Source: Octopus bimaculoides (lineage: Eukaryota). From it: 63,404 nucleotides of DNA. Positions 50,517-63,404 of the stretch are shown here, piece after piece. The position numbers and the translations under genes were made by a program. Each line of letters opens with the position of its first letter. Position 1 is the stretch's first letter. The stretch spans positions 60,380,408 to 60,443,811 of the forward strand of contig NC_068981.1 in the NCBI RefSeq assembly GCF_001194135.2, read 5' to 3'. The notes beneath the pieces were generated by a model. That model made no database searches. It saw only the letters and a list, made by a program, of their open reading frames with translations, and was not told the origin of the DNA.

Positions 50517-51037
50517 ATTACATTGAAAAATGTGAGCCTTAAAAGTCATATTCTTAAGATTATAAATCAGGAAAAGTACAGGACAAGTTATAACACCTGT
50601 AAAAGTATAGGACAAGCTATTACTTGTAGTAAAGTAAAGAATAAGAGTTTTTAACTTAAAATATTGCAGCTAAAATTAAAATTTGAATATTAAAACTTAT
50701 TTTATTATAGTTTACAAGTAACACTATACTTATTTAAGTAGAATTTGGCTAATTTACTACCTTAAATACAGAAAAAAGTGACTAACCAGACAAACTTACA
50801 AATTAGCTGAACAGTTTTGTACAATAAATTTAAAAGATGAGAACTGTAAAGAGTGATAAATTAGAAGAACTGGCATTCTTTGCTGCAATGTTTTAAGTAA
50901 AAAATTTTCTTATTCTTTACTTTATTGGAAGTAATAGCTTGTCCTGTACTTTTACAGGTGTAATAACTTGTCCTGTACTTTTCCAGGTTTATAATCTTAA
51001 GAATATGACTTTTCATGCAAGCATTTTTCCATGTAAT
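50517..51037. mobile_element. MITE with about 155-bp terminal inverted repeats and internal subrepeats
   Basis: 50517-50670 is an imperfect reverse complement of 50882-51037 (AAAAGTCATATTCTTAAGATTATAAA..AAAAGTACAGGACAAG). Confidence 0.8.
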
Positions 51038-51976
51038 CCATTTTTCCAGGCGTTGAGGTTATAAGATAATTAATAATGTGTCAATTAATAATTTAAGATT
51101 TTACCTTATAAAATACTGAAAGATAATATTTCAATTTTTCCATGTAAGTGATGATAATATTTCAATTTTTTTCGTGTTTAATTTAAATATATAATATAAA
51201 TATATAATAAGCGCAGGAGTGGCTGTGTGGTAAGTAGCTTGCCACATGGTTCCGGGCTCATTCCTACTGCGTGACACCTTGGGCAAGTGTCTTCTACTAT
51301 AGCCTCGGGCCGACCAAAGCCTTGTGAGTGCATTTGGTAGACAGAAACTGAAAGAAGCCTGTCGTATATTTGTATATATATTTATATATANNNNNNNNNN
51401 CGAACCAAAATAAAGGATTTGCAGCATATTAGGAGGTCAGGGTACTTGATTCCACGCAAAAAATCAATTATTTTTTGCTTAGTGAAAATCGTGCGGGTGT
51501 TAATATAGAAATTGACCATAATGTTGTTATTTAGGCTCAAATAAACCCTGATACTGCAAACGTATCATCAAAGACAGTCCAGCCTTTAGCAAACCGTCTT
51601 TTTAGAGATAATCTAGGACATTACATACAATGGGCGTGTGATTAAGGTAGGGGGATTCTTTGGCTGCTATTTTTTAGCGTGTCGAGCGACCAGATAGAGG
51701 CTTTTTCATTGGTTCGATTGCATGATGAGATTTTTTCACACATATATGTAATATGTATATATATCATTGGCAAAAGTTAGATAGTCAAAAGCTGAGAGTT
51801 TTGTGTATTTGTACTTATCAAACACGAATTTATTCATTGTCATTCTGTACCTTCTGACGATATAACTTCTAAAATACAAAATTTTGTCAAAAACGCTAAT
51901 AGTAAATCCTGTTCAATGTGACACATTCTACCAGTATCAGAAGTTTGAATGTGTTTAGTTAAAAAAAAATAATAAT

Positions 51977-52128
51977 TGGCTGTGTGGTAAGTAGCTTGCT
52001 TACCAACCACATGGTTCTGGGTTCAGTCCCACTGCGTGGCATCTTGGGCAAGTGTCTTCTACTATAGCCTCGGGCCGACCAAAGCCTTGTGAGTGGATTT
52101 GGTATACGGAGACTGAAAGAAGCCCGTC

Positions 52129-52164
<36 letters not shown>

Positions 52165-52380
52165 GTGTGTGTTTGTGTCTGTGTTTGTCCCCATAGCATT
52201 GCTTGACAACCGATGCTGGCGTGTTTATGTCCCCGTAACTTAGCGGTTATGCAAAAAGAGACCGATAGAATAAATACTAGGCTTACAAAGAATAAGTCCC
52301 GGGGTCGATATGCTCGACTAAAGGCGATGCTCCAGCATGGCCGCAGTCAAATGACTGAAACAAGTAAAAGAGTAAAAGAG
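51977..52380 (+). mobile_element. SINE family A, ungapped near-complete copy
   Basis: Head, core, (TA)n/(TG)n centre and (GTAAAAGA)n tail. Confidence 0.92.
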
Positions 52381-52550
52381 TAATCTGTACGTCTAATTGA
52401 ATAAATCTGAAATGTATGAAAGGCAAAGTCGACGTCAGTGGAATTTGAACTCAGAACATAAAGACAAATGAAATACCGCTTCTAAAATACAAAATTTTGT
52501 CAAAAACGTTAAGAATAAACCCTGTTCTATGTAACATATTCTACCAGTGT

Positions 52551-52933
52551 GGAGGCGCAATGGCCCAGTGGTTAGGACAGCGGACTCGCGGTCATAGGAT
52601 CGCGGTTTCGATTCCCAGACCAGGCGTTGTGAGTGTTTATTGAGCGAAAACACCTGAAGCCCCACGAGGCTCCGGCAGGAGTTGGTGGCGAATCCTGCTG
52701 TACTCTTTCACCACAACTTCTTCTCACCCTTACTTCCTGTTTCTGTTGTGCCTGTAATTCAAAGGGTCAGCCTTGTCACACTGTGTCACGTTGAATATCC
52801 TCGAGAACTACGTTAAAGGTACACGTGCCTGTGGAGTGCTCAGCCACTTGCACGTTAATTTCACGAGCAAGCTGTTCCGTTGATCGGATCAACTGGAACC
52901 CTCGACGTCGTAAGCGACGGAGTGCCAACAACC
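52551..52933 (+). mobile_element. SINE family C with 12-bp TSD
   Basis: TTCTACCAGTGT at 52539-52550 and 52934-52945; A box TGGCCCAGTGG, B box GGTTTCGATTCC. Confidence 0.93.
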
Positions 52934-54453
52934 TTCTACCAGTGTCAACAGTTTAAAAGTGTTTAGTTAAAAAAAATTAATTAAATAAACAGTACGCCAA
53001 AGTCGACTTCTGCGAAATTTGAACTAAACAAAAGGGTAAACGAAATACCGTTAAGCATTTTGCCCAGCACGCTAACGTTTCTGCCAGCTCGTCACCTTAG
53101 AAATCAAACTTTCACTTTAGAAATATATTCTTTATTCTTATTCTCTAAGCGTTACTCCCTTATTTCCTTACTTACTGACATGAAATTTCGAAACATTTTA
53201 CCTCATAATTTTCTTTCTCTGCTAATTTTTGTTCAATGCGACTATCGATTCTGAATTTCTCGTGCATTTTTCTATCATTTAAGCCTAAGAAAGGTATACT
53301 TTTAATTTAAAATTAAAAAAAAAATATGTTAATTGAAGATGAATATCTGCCTCACTCCCCTCCCCCCCCCTTGAGGTCGCAGATGTTTTGCTGTCACTTT
53401 TTTCTACTGAACCAAATCTCAAATGTTTTATGCCAAAGTGTAGCTGAGGAGGTGTCCTCTTTAAAACTATTAACCGTTTGCAATTTAGTTGAGAACTGAA
53501 TTAGTGGTGAAGCTTGGAAGCTGCTGCGATTGACGAAATGGTGGATCTAAGAATATATTCAACCACTACCGTGGTTGAATGATATACGAGATGACAGTAT
53601 TTTGTCCGGATATTTCGTCATTTAAATTAATGAAGGAAAAAAGCAATACTTTAAAATAGAAGATTTATTAGTGGTGACGATTTATTCTTATTTTAATCAA
53701 CTGTCCAACGTCATAAACACATAATTTCTTCTATTTTCACGCCTAAATATACGGAGTAATGGAATGGATATTTGAGGTTTCATGTACTAGGCGAAAGCTT
53801 TGCGAATCGGTATGTTTCATAACGGTCTAAGATGTGTGCATATTAAAAGCACAGTTAACGCAGAGTCAGCACAATGACTGTAGTGAATTTTTATTGTTTG
53901 AACCAAAAGAAACAGTATTTTGTTGGCATAAACTCTAGAATTGAAATCGACACATGAATGTAACTTGGAGGGATGTGAGATCAAAGACGCTTATTGCTCA
54001 GAATAAAACATATAGGAAATATACAGCATTTTATTTCGAACTATGAGTTGTGAGCAGCCATGGATTAATGATTAAATTTGGTGAAATGTTTGATTAAATA
54101 TTGCATTTAAGATCTGAGGTTTCTTATAAACCTTTGTGTGGAACGAATTTCAGAGACCTTTAGACTAAATATTTCACTTAAAAATGTTGTTCAAGAATGG
54201 TATTTCATTGTGAAATGGAAAGCAAAGCATTCTTCTCAAGAAAACCTTCATTATTACAGCATTAACTCATACGTAAATCCGTAAACACTTGCACATACAT
54301 ACATGCACACAACATACATACATACATACATACACACACATATATACATACATACATACATACATACATACATACATACATAAAGTTGAAATTGATAGAA
54401 AAACAAAAGACGAAGTAAGGTGTATGTACAAGAGGCTCAGGAAAGCGAGAAAG

Positions 54454-54491
54454 TCTTTCTCGTTTCGATCCTGTGATCTTCAACAGAAAGG
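54454..54491 (-). ncRNA. Hammerhead-like motif (family 2 relative), cleavage triplet mutated
   Basis: CCTTT-CTGTTGA-A-GATC-ACAG-GATC-GAAA-CG-AG-AAAGA; the downstream flank resembles 40800-40857. Confidence 0.6.
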
Positions 54492-55448
54492 AATACGAGA
54501 AAATAAAGAGAGAGAGAGAGNNNNNNNNNNNNNNNNNNNNNNNNNNNNNNNNNNNNNNNNNNNNNNNNNNNNNNNNNNNNNNNNNNNNNNNNNNNNNNNN
54601 NNNNNNNNNNNNNNNNNNNNNNNNNNNNNNNNNNNNNNNNNNNNNNNNNNNNNNNNNNNNNNNNNNNNNNNNNNNNNNNNNNNNNGACAGGAGAGTCCCC
54701 TTCTTTCTACCCCTCCTGTCAAGCTTTTTTTCCGACCAGTGGTGTGTGTAGTACATAAATATATCGAATGTTTTATGCAACATATTCGTATTGTCTAGAC
54801 AACAGGTCGGTGTAGCGATGTTGGATGTTAATGACAAAAAATATTACATAATGGTTTATCCTTCTTTATTAATTAGTTAATTAATTAATTAATTAATTCG
54901 TTCGTTTATTCATTCATTCATTCATTTATTTATTGTGTGTAGAAATTAGCTCTTCAGATATCTGGAAATTTTGGGTTTAATACTTACTTCTATTTTGGTG
55001 CATATGCTCATATAACTCTGAGTCAAATATTTTGGTTATGGCTTCAACAATTGAGATTGCTGAAAGTGTAACATCTAGAGACATATCATGACGAGCTAAA
55101 TAAAATAGTTGGTAGCGTGCTCTTTTAGTGTTTTCTATTCATTAAATTATCAGAGTCTCAGAAAGACAGGTTGTGGCGTTCATTCCAGCTATGTCTGTTC
55201 TTTGTTCAGATCCCACCGAATTCAACCTGGCCGTTATCCTTCTCTGGTCGTTGAAGTAAAATACTAGATAATGCTGGCCAGATTTGTAGATAGTTGCTCT
55301 GTGCCAACATGCGTAAGGTTTGTTTTATGTAGTAGACTATACATCTCTACCCAACCGTAGGGCTACGAGGACAGATGAAGGCATACACCAGTTGGTGTAT
55401 ATGTCAACTCATATAGATATATACACACACTCACTCACAGACGCAGGT

Positions 55449-55498
<50 letters not shown>

Positions 55499-55673
55499 NN
55501 NNNNNNNNNNNNNNNNNNNNNNNNNNNNNNNNNNNNNNNNNNNNNNNNNNNNNNNNNNNNNNNNNNNNNNNNNNNNNNNNNNNNNNNNNNNNNNNNNNNN
55601 NNNNNNNNNNNNNNNNNNNNNNNNNNNNNNNNNNNNNNNNNNNNNNNNNNNNNNNNNNNNNNNNNNNNNNNNN

Positions 55674-55769
<96 letters not shown>

Positions 55770-56324
55770 CACATATATACATATACATAACGGGTGAGCC
55801 AAAAGTCACGTAAAAAGCATTTGATATTTTGTCTATGTTACATTAATACCATTATTATTATTGAGTGCATGCTATGAAGTGACACTGGGGTATATACGAG
55901 GCCCTGTATACTCCTCATGACTACCCGTCTGATAAGGGTACCCCAGGCACATGCATCAGAAACATATATGCTCGTTATGGTGATCGCATATCAAGATAAA
56001 CAGCGCATGACCTTGCACGTGGGGGCCCTTTTAGAATTTTCTTCTGGTCGAGTAGTCCATCCCGCTCAAAAGGTCCCTAAATAAGGGTCGTGTAAGGATG
56101 TTGAGCGAAACATCCATGTTTCCAAAGGTGAATTATTCAAACCACAAAGAAAACATGGCTATGATACTTCCCCACTACTTCTGATCTTGATCAGTGATAC
56201 ACATATCGTCAGCCACTAAGGGACCTGCTCAACTGGTTAAGGTGAAGCAAATCTGTGGTACTGAGCAGAATATTTGCTGTATCCCGTCTTTTTATACTAA
56301 ATCAAAACATATGGATGATAACAC

Positions 56325-56550
56325 TTTTTCACGTTGCTCCAGTTCACTCAGCTGTAGAAATGAGTTGCGACGTCGCAGGCGTAACGCTGTATTGGTTTTT
56401 GCCTTTCCCCTGGATAACACTTGTGGTGTGGAGAGGCGAGGCCGGTATGCATGGGCGACTGCTGGTCTTCCTTAAACAACCTTGCCCGGACTTGTGGGAG
56501 GGTAACTTTCTAGGTGCAATCGCATCGTCAGTCATGACCGAAGGGGGGGT
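56325..56550 (+). mobile_element. SINE family D, headless copy
   Basis: Matches 11620-11850. Confidence 0.85.
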
Positions 56551-56567
56551 CTCAGTATTATTACTAC

Positions 56568-56609
<42 letters not shown>

Positions 56610-56998
56610 GGTTCAGTAGTTTTAGTTTTATAACGTGCTTTCACTTCACTACCGAGCGCAGCTCTGTGCGCCTTGGGTATGTGCTGTGGTTTGCTGTGGT
56701 GTTCTTATGGTTGCTGTATTGAAAGTGTTTTGCGTAGGATGTGTGCAGTGCACAGTAGTGCAATTTTCTATATGTTATGTATATTTGTAAGTCCTGGTGT
56801 TTTTGTTATGTATTTGTCTGAATATTTTTTTTATTATACCTAAGGCACCTACTATGATAGGAATTGTTTCTGTTATTAGATTCCACATTCGAGTTACCTC
56901 TATTTCCAGGTCTTTGTATTTTGAAAGTTTTTCCATTTCTTTTAGAGAAACGTTGTCATCTGCTGGTATTGATACATCAATTAGAAAGCATTTTTTTC

Positions 56999-57003
<5 letters not shown>
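56610..57003 (-). mobile_element. R4/Dong-like RLE LINE 3' fragment
   Basis: CFLIDVSIPAD..KEMEKLSKYKDLEIEVTRMW..PIIVGALG and TAHILRK; (AAT)n on both sides. Confidence 0.88.
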
Positions 57004-57056
<53 letters not shown>

Positions 57057-57440
57057 TGTTTGTTTGACTTTTGCTTTTGTATTTTTGTACAAGTTGACAC
57101 CAAGTCTCACTCAGAGACCTCAAGAGAAAACAAGTTAGAAGTTCAAGTTGGTATTATGCCTAGGGTGTCATATATTTGGTTTTGTACATAGTATTGTTCT
57201 AGAGAATGTTTAAGAAAAAATTAAAAATTATGAGATTGTTTTAAAATTTGAGATTACATAGACAGTATTTTACGAAGGATATGGGCAGTTCCCATAAACA
57301 CTATCTTTTGACTTTCTGCCATTTTGGAGTTACATGGTATCTGAGCCAGGTAGGAATCAATCCCTTTTGCTATCATTCCTAGGGTATCTATGACAACAAG
57401 TAATGTTTTAATTCTTGATATTCCACATTTTGCCAATTTC
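57057..57440 (-). mobile_element. Second R4/Dong-like 3' fragment
   Basis: LVVIDTLGMI..QKIVFMGTAHILRKILSM* plus 3' UTR ending in (AAT)n. Confidence 0.8.
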
Positions 57441-57552
57441 TACTACAAGACCTTTATACTTGCTCAGTTTTTGGTATGTATTGACAGATACATTTATGTC
57501 GATTGGGACAATCATATCAATGAGGAGGCATGATTTTTATATTATTATTATG

Positions 57553-57615
<63 letters not shown>

Positions 57616-57635
57616 TTTGTTCAGTNNNNNNNNNN

Positions 57636-57688
<53 letters not shown>

Positions 57689-57749
57689 ATGTATATATAT
57701 CTCTCTCTCTATCATTCTCTCTCTCTCTATATATATATATGTATGTATG

Positions 57750-57824
<75 letters not shown>

Positions 57825-58675
57825 ATATATATACACATATATAAGTATCCGGACTATTACTATAGTAATGAAGCTAAAACATACAGAGTGAAGTCGCTTG
57901 GCACAAATTGACCTTGAACTCTGCTTTACATGCGCACTAAGTTTTAACGTATGTATATATGTATGTATATATATGTGTGTGTGTGTGTATAAGTATATAT
58001 ATATATATACATGTATATATTAATGATTTTGTGCTTGTGTGCATATACGAAATAAGTACAGAACAGTGAATCGATTTAAAATTGATAGCATATACATTAA
58101 ACCAATTAAATATATATATATATGTATATATATAATTATACATATATATATATACATACACATATATGTGTTTATTGTGATAATTTCATCCTTAATTCTA
58201 TTTTTTTCCGTTTCTTTTTAAAATACACATATATCAACATTTCACATAAACAAAATTTGAGTAAGCACCAAAAATCCATTGGAAAAAATATGCCTGAAAC
58301 TTAAATTTGGCCCCCTATCTACAGGCATATTCAATAACAATAATAGTATACAAACAAAAAAGCTTCTTAATAGACGCATCAACATTAATTTAGTCATCAT
58401 AAATTCTTTCATAGTTAATGCTTGCTGTCAATTATTTAAAAGGTTTCCGTATATGAGTAGATTCTATAACAGCATTTTTATGATATAAATAAATATCTTT
58501 TGCTTCAAATTCTGTCAACGGGTGTTTTTTCAAATTTTCATATTTTTTAAAAGTTTGATTGTTTTTTTCATTCAAGAATTAGAAAATATATTCAGGTTTT
58601 TAGTATACATATTGATACACCTATAATTTTATCTGTGGTCATCAGTGTTTGTCTGTTTACAATGTTGTTCTTGGC

Positions 58676-58709
<34 letters not shown>

Positions 58710-58770
58710 NNNNNNNNNNNNNNNNNNNNNNNNNNNNNNNNNNNNNNNNNNNNNNNNNNNNNNNNNNNNN

Positions 58771-58818
<48 letters not shown>

Positions 58819-58940
58819 AATATATATATATATACATATACAAATATATGCATATAGATATTTAAACATATATATACATATATATATATATATGTGTTTA
58901 TATAAATGTGCGTATATATGTATGCGCATATATGTATGCA

Positions 58941-58973
<33 letters not shown>

Positions 58974-59835
58974 GTGTATGCATTTACAAATAAACATGCA
59001 TACACAGATATACACACGTGTACATACATAGATATGGTAGTGTCTCACATATATAATATTGTGAATCGTTTAACAGTTAACTATTATTGTCCATGTAATT
59101 TGAAGACGAATATATCTCTTTTGGCGTGTTTGAATATATTTTGAAAGAATAAACAAGCCAGCTAACTCTACTAAAGCCTGTCAGCTGTAACATTTGGAAA
59201 ATATAGACTTTTGAGGTGGGAATTGATTTGGTTCACTCCAATCTACACAATTTCCAAAATTTTCATTTGATTGATTTTTATGGAGCTATCACTTATGCTT
59301 GCTGTTTTTAGATCTTTCTGAACCATTAGAGACAATGTCTTTTTATTAAAGTGGAATAATTCTGCAATGTCAGTTATTCAAAATCTTGTTTTCCACTCAA
59401 TATATTGTATATGTGAAACCGTACCATATTTTATTTAATATGCAGAGGACATCCCTGAGGTGTCTTCCCTCTCCCACGTTGTTGATATATATNNNNNNNN
59501 NNNNNNNNNNNNNNNNNNNNNNNNNNNNNNNNNNNNNNNNNNNNNNNNNNNNNNNNNNNNNNNNNNNNNNNNNNNNNNNNNNNNNNNNNNNNNNNNNNNN
59601 NNNNNNNNNNNNNNNNNNNNNNNNNNNNNNNNNNNNNNNNNNNNNNNNNNNNNNNNNNNNNNNNNNNNNNNNNNNNNNNNNNNNNNNNNNNNNNNNNNNN
59701 NNNNNNNNNNNNNNNNNNNNNNNNNNNNNNNNNNNNNNNNNNNNNNNNNNNNNNNNNNNNNNNNNNNNNNNNNNNNNNNNNNNNNNNNNNNNNNNNNNNN
59801 NNNNNNNNNNNNNNNNNNNNNNNNNNNNNNNNNNN

Positions 59836-59882
<47 letters not shown>

Positions 59883-60038
59883 TTACACATAGATGTTTTT
59901 GTATATGTATGTGTGGGTATGTGTGGGTATAAGTTTGTGCGTGGAATCCATGAATTCACGTATTCAATGAATATATAGACAATGGTTGCGAGTTCACATT
60001 CGTCGCTTTCTTTAATATTGATTGTATTAATATTATTA

Positions 60039-61053
60039 TTAGGATGATGATGGTGATCCCCTTAAAGAGATAGTTGGACAATCAGATTTCTTACTAAGTG
60101 ATGCATGACCGTTTGTGTAAAAGCAAAGCATAGCCGCTAATGTTTCACGGAAATATTTGTTCATAACGCAATATAGTATGAAATTAGCCGAGAAGTTCAA
60201 GGCTTGCATGAAATTTGTAATATCCCGTATGACATCGGACAGGGCACTGTCGACACTGGCTAAATGGAAGGAGAATTTAAGTATCTCAGATGGAGAAACT
60301 AGTACAAGAAACATGACTACAATGGAGACAAGGGTGGCAGTAACGCTGTTTAAGGCTGTATCTGTATGGCGTCGTCGATGTGTTACTGACTGAGAACGCA
60401 TTGAACGGCCTTCGGTTCTAAGGTGAACTTCGATTTCTGCTCCTCGTATTAGTTTATCATCACGAAAAATGGAGTTGTTTTCAGGGCGCAGTGACAGTTC
60501 AGTCGATGAGGCGTTACCAATACCACCAACTGTTGATGTACATCCACTATGTGATTTTGGCTTGTGACGATGGCTGGAATATGATGAATTGCGATTTATA
60601 GTGCCGCGTCGTTCTTCATTCAAAGGTGCCATATTCATTCGCAATTTCTTCGCTTTCTTTATACTGTAAATCAAACAAGTGTTAAAATAGATTAGTAGGC
60701 CACACGGCACTAGATCGAATAGGACAGACCAGCAAAGTCGGCGTATGACAATAACTCCTTCATCAAAGTGCTTATTAATTTTATAAAACTCTTGTCCCTC
60801 AGATTCCTCCACCTCAATCTTATGCTCCATGAATAAAGGAGTGGTTGCCAGGGCGCAACCGACAAATACCATTGTAATGATAATTCGCGTCCGCCGCAGC
60901 GATATAATGCGTCGTGCCTTGAAAGGGTGACAGACTGCCAAATACCGCTCCGCCGCCATGTAAACAATCATCATGGTGCTTGCAATTATGAAAATAGTGA
61001 TGGACGGACTCAACAAGAATTGGATGTAGAGTAATATGCTTCTGCTCTTGTAG
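60039..61053 (-). CDS. Terminal coding exon of a class A (rhodopsin-like) peptide GPCR, FMRFamide-receptor-like group; TM3-TM7 plus C-tail
   Basis: Open frame with AERYLAVCHPF (TM3), TM4, DLVP..IYFN (TM5), a long ICL3, TM6 VVMFLVLVSP and TM7 NFSANFILYC. Polypyrimidine acceptor TTTCTCGTTCCAG at 61054. TM1-2 not found in the window. Confidence 0.93.
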
Positions 61054-61469
61054 CTGGAACGAGAAAGAAAACAAGAATCATATGTATATATACATATATA
61101 TACGTTCATGTATTTGCTTTGAAAGATTCATGATATAATCGTGTGTTGAAGCAGATATTGTTATATTTGGGGATAGTTATATTTTGCCACTTAAACATAC
61201 GCACAATATATTTGATTCTTACTTCGGCTTTATTGTTATTTTAGTTTATTTGTCAAAGATCTTCCGTTACACACAAAGATAAAATGACATAAGCATAACC
61301 AGAAAAGACATGCGCGATAAAGAATCTCTGAAGAGGTCACAGGATGCGTAACGAAACAGGTTTGACAAAGAAACTAAAATAATAATAAAGCTGAAGTGTT
61401 TAATTCGCAAAATATGACCGTTCCCAGTTATAACAAGGTCATACACATACACACAAATATATACAATGT

Positions 61470-61508
<39 letters not shown>

Positions 61509-63404
61509 NNNNNNNNNNNNNNNNNNNNNNNNNNNNNNNNNNNNNNNNNNNNNNNNNNNNNNNNNNNNNNNNNNNNNNNNNNNNNNNNNNNNNNNNNNNN
61601 NNNNNNNNNNNNNNNNNNNNNNNNNNNNNNNNNNNNNNNNNNNNNNNNNNNNNNNNNNNNNNNNNNNNNNNNNNNNNNNNNNNNNNNNNNNNNNNNNNNN
61701 NNNNNNNNNNNNNNNNNNNNNNNNNNNNNNNNNNNNNNNNNNNNNNNNNNNNNNNNNNNNNNNNNNNNNNNNNNNNNNNNNNNNNNNNNNNNNNNNNNNN
61801 NNNNNNNNNNNNNNNNNNNNNNNNNNNNNNNNNNNNNNNNNNNNNNNNNNNNNNNNNNNNNNNNNNNNNNNNNNNNNNNNNNNNNNNNNNNNNNNNNNNN
61901 NNNNNNNNNNNNNNNNNNNNNNNNNNNNNNNNNNNNNNNNNNNNNNNNNNNNNNNNNNNNNNNNNNNNNNNNNNNNNNNNNNNNNNNNNNNNNNNNNNNN
62001 NNNNNNNNNNNNNNNNNNNNNNNNNNNNNNNNNNNNNNNNNNNNNNNNNNNNNNNNNNNNNNNNNNNNNNNNNNNNNNNNNNNNNNNNNNNNNNNNNNNN
62101 NNNNNNNNNNNNNNNNNNNNNNNNNNNNNGTTGCGTACTACTTTCGTATGTATATAAATAAATTCATTTAAAAACAATTACAAGTCTTTCAAATTCAGGT
62201 GCATTTTCAAAAACAAATTCTCCTATATTTTTTTCTGCGTAGAAATACACCCTTCTTTCCATACACACACACACACACACACACACATACACACACACAC
62301 ACACATACACACACACTCTCTCTCTCTCTCTCTCTCTCTCCCTCTCTCTCTCTCCCTCTCTCTCTCCTTCTCCCCCTCTCTCTCTCATACACACACACGC
62401 AGTTTATAGATCTAATAGACGTATGATCAACAAAGTAATCCATCCGGTGAGAGATAATATGAATTTAAAACAACGGAAAGCGCTTCTAATAATTTCATGC
62501 TTGTATGATACTTGCGCAGGCATATTTATAAAATACACTGTGTATCTTAAAGCAATTTTTCAGGTTCTGTTTATGCGTTATATATATTTAAAAAACAAGG
62601 ACGCTAGACAGTGAGAAAATAAGAAAAAATGTGGAAAAAAATAGGTCTCAGACAACGATCTCATTTCTGTCAACACCTCAAATGTAAAACTCCTTCCATG
62701 AAAACGCAGGCTGTTATTATTTTGAACCACCAAGCTCCAAGAAACAGCCTTTTAGACTCGTAAAACTCTTATGCAACTCCTTTAATTCCTGATATCATTT
62801 CTATTCTGTGTAAGTCGGGCATTTTTATATGTAAATATATGTAAATTCTTTGTATTAAAGGTATTTAATATGTTTTGTTTATCGACTTGCTTATCTTTAC
62901 ATTTACTCCTCCATCTGCTCAAGTTTAAACTTCTGGAGCACTACGAAGTGTATTCTATACGGAGAATATCTGTCTCTCATATATATATATTTATATATAT
63001 ATATAGGTTCAGATGAATATGGTGCTTAAGTTGAAACACGAGAGTTTAGTACGGTATTCTCTATACAATTTCAAAATAAGGTGATTAAAAGCAAAATAAG
63101 CAATAAAGATATCCAGAGGTAATGCAGTACGATCGTTTCACGCAACTCCATTTAATTGAACAATCCAACCATTACATTAATTTAAATGCAGAGCAATCCT
63201 CAGCTGCACAATGACATAGAATTTAATTGAATTAAAAAACACATTAGTATAATTTTACTTAGAATTTCCATGACTTTTGTGTATTTATTTGACTGCAACG
63301 GAATACCAGTTCAAGCCAGGGCTGGAGTACGGTGGAACCCATTTTGTTCCTGCCGAGGATTCTGTGTTTCTCATTTAAAAAAAAAAAAATTCTTTTTCTT
63401 TACT

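Overview
Animal genomic DNA: AT-rich, dense in microsatellites and broken by many N gaps. The repeat landscape looks like an octopus/cephalopod scaffold (inference, not verified by a search). One host coding exon is well supported: the terminal exon (TM3-TM7) of a class A peptide-type GPCR at 60039-61053 (-). A second, weaker candidate is a signal-peptide first exon at 10925-11124 (-). The rest is mostly decayed mobile DNA: L1/Tx1, RTE, CR1-like and RLE (R4/Dong-like) LINEs, Tc1/mariner, a Helitron, MITEs and four tRNA-derived SINE families. Main observations: (1) a 10.6-kb same-strand stack of L1/Tx1 elements nested in one Tc1 transposon, with the same 11-bp target word at three junctions just downstream of the Tc1 TATA box; (2) several families of minimal hammerhead-ribozyme motifs, including a tRNA-headed SINE carrying one and a family with a non-canonical CUGUNGA core supported by covariation; (3) a SINE whose 3' tail matches the 3' end of the Tx1 LINEs in this window; (4) RLE LINE fragments bracketed by (ATAC)n or (AAT)n. 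No CRISPR, rRNA or intact tRNA genes are supported. Repeat boundaries were read by eye (about +/-20-50 bp unless a TSD/TIR is quoted).
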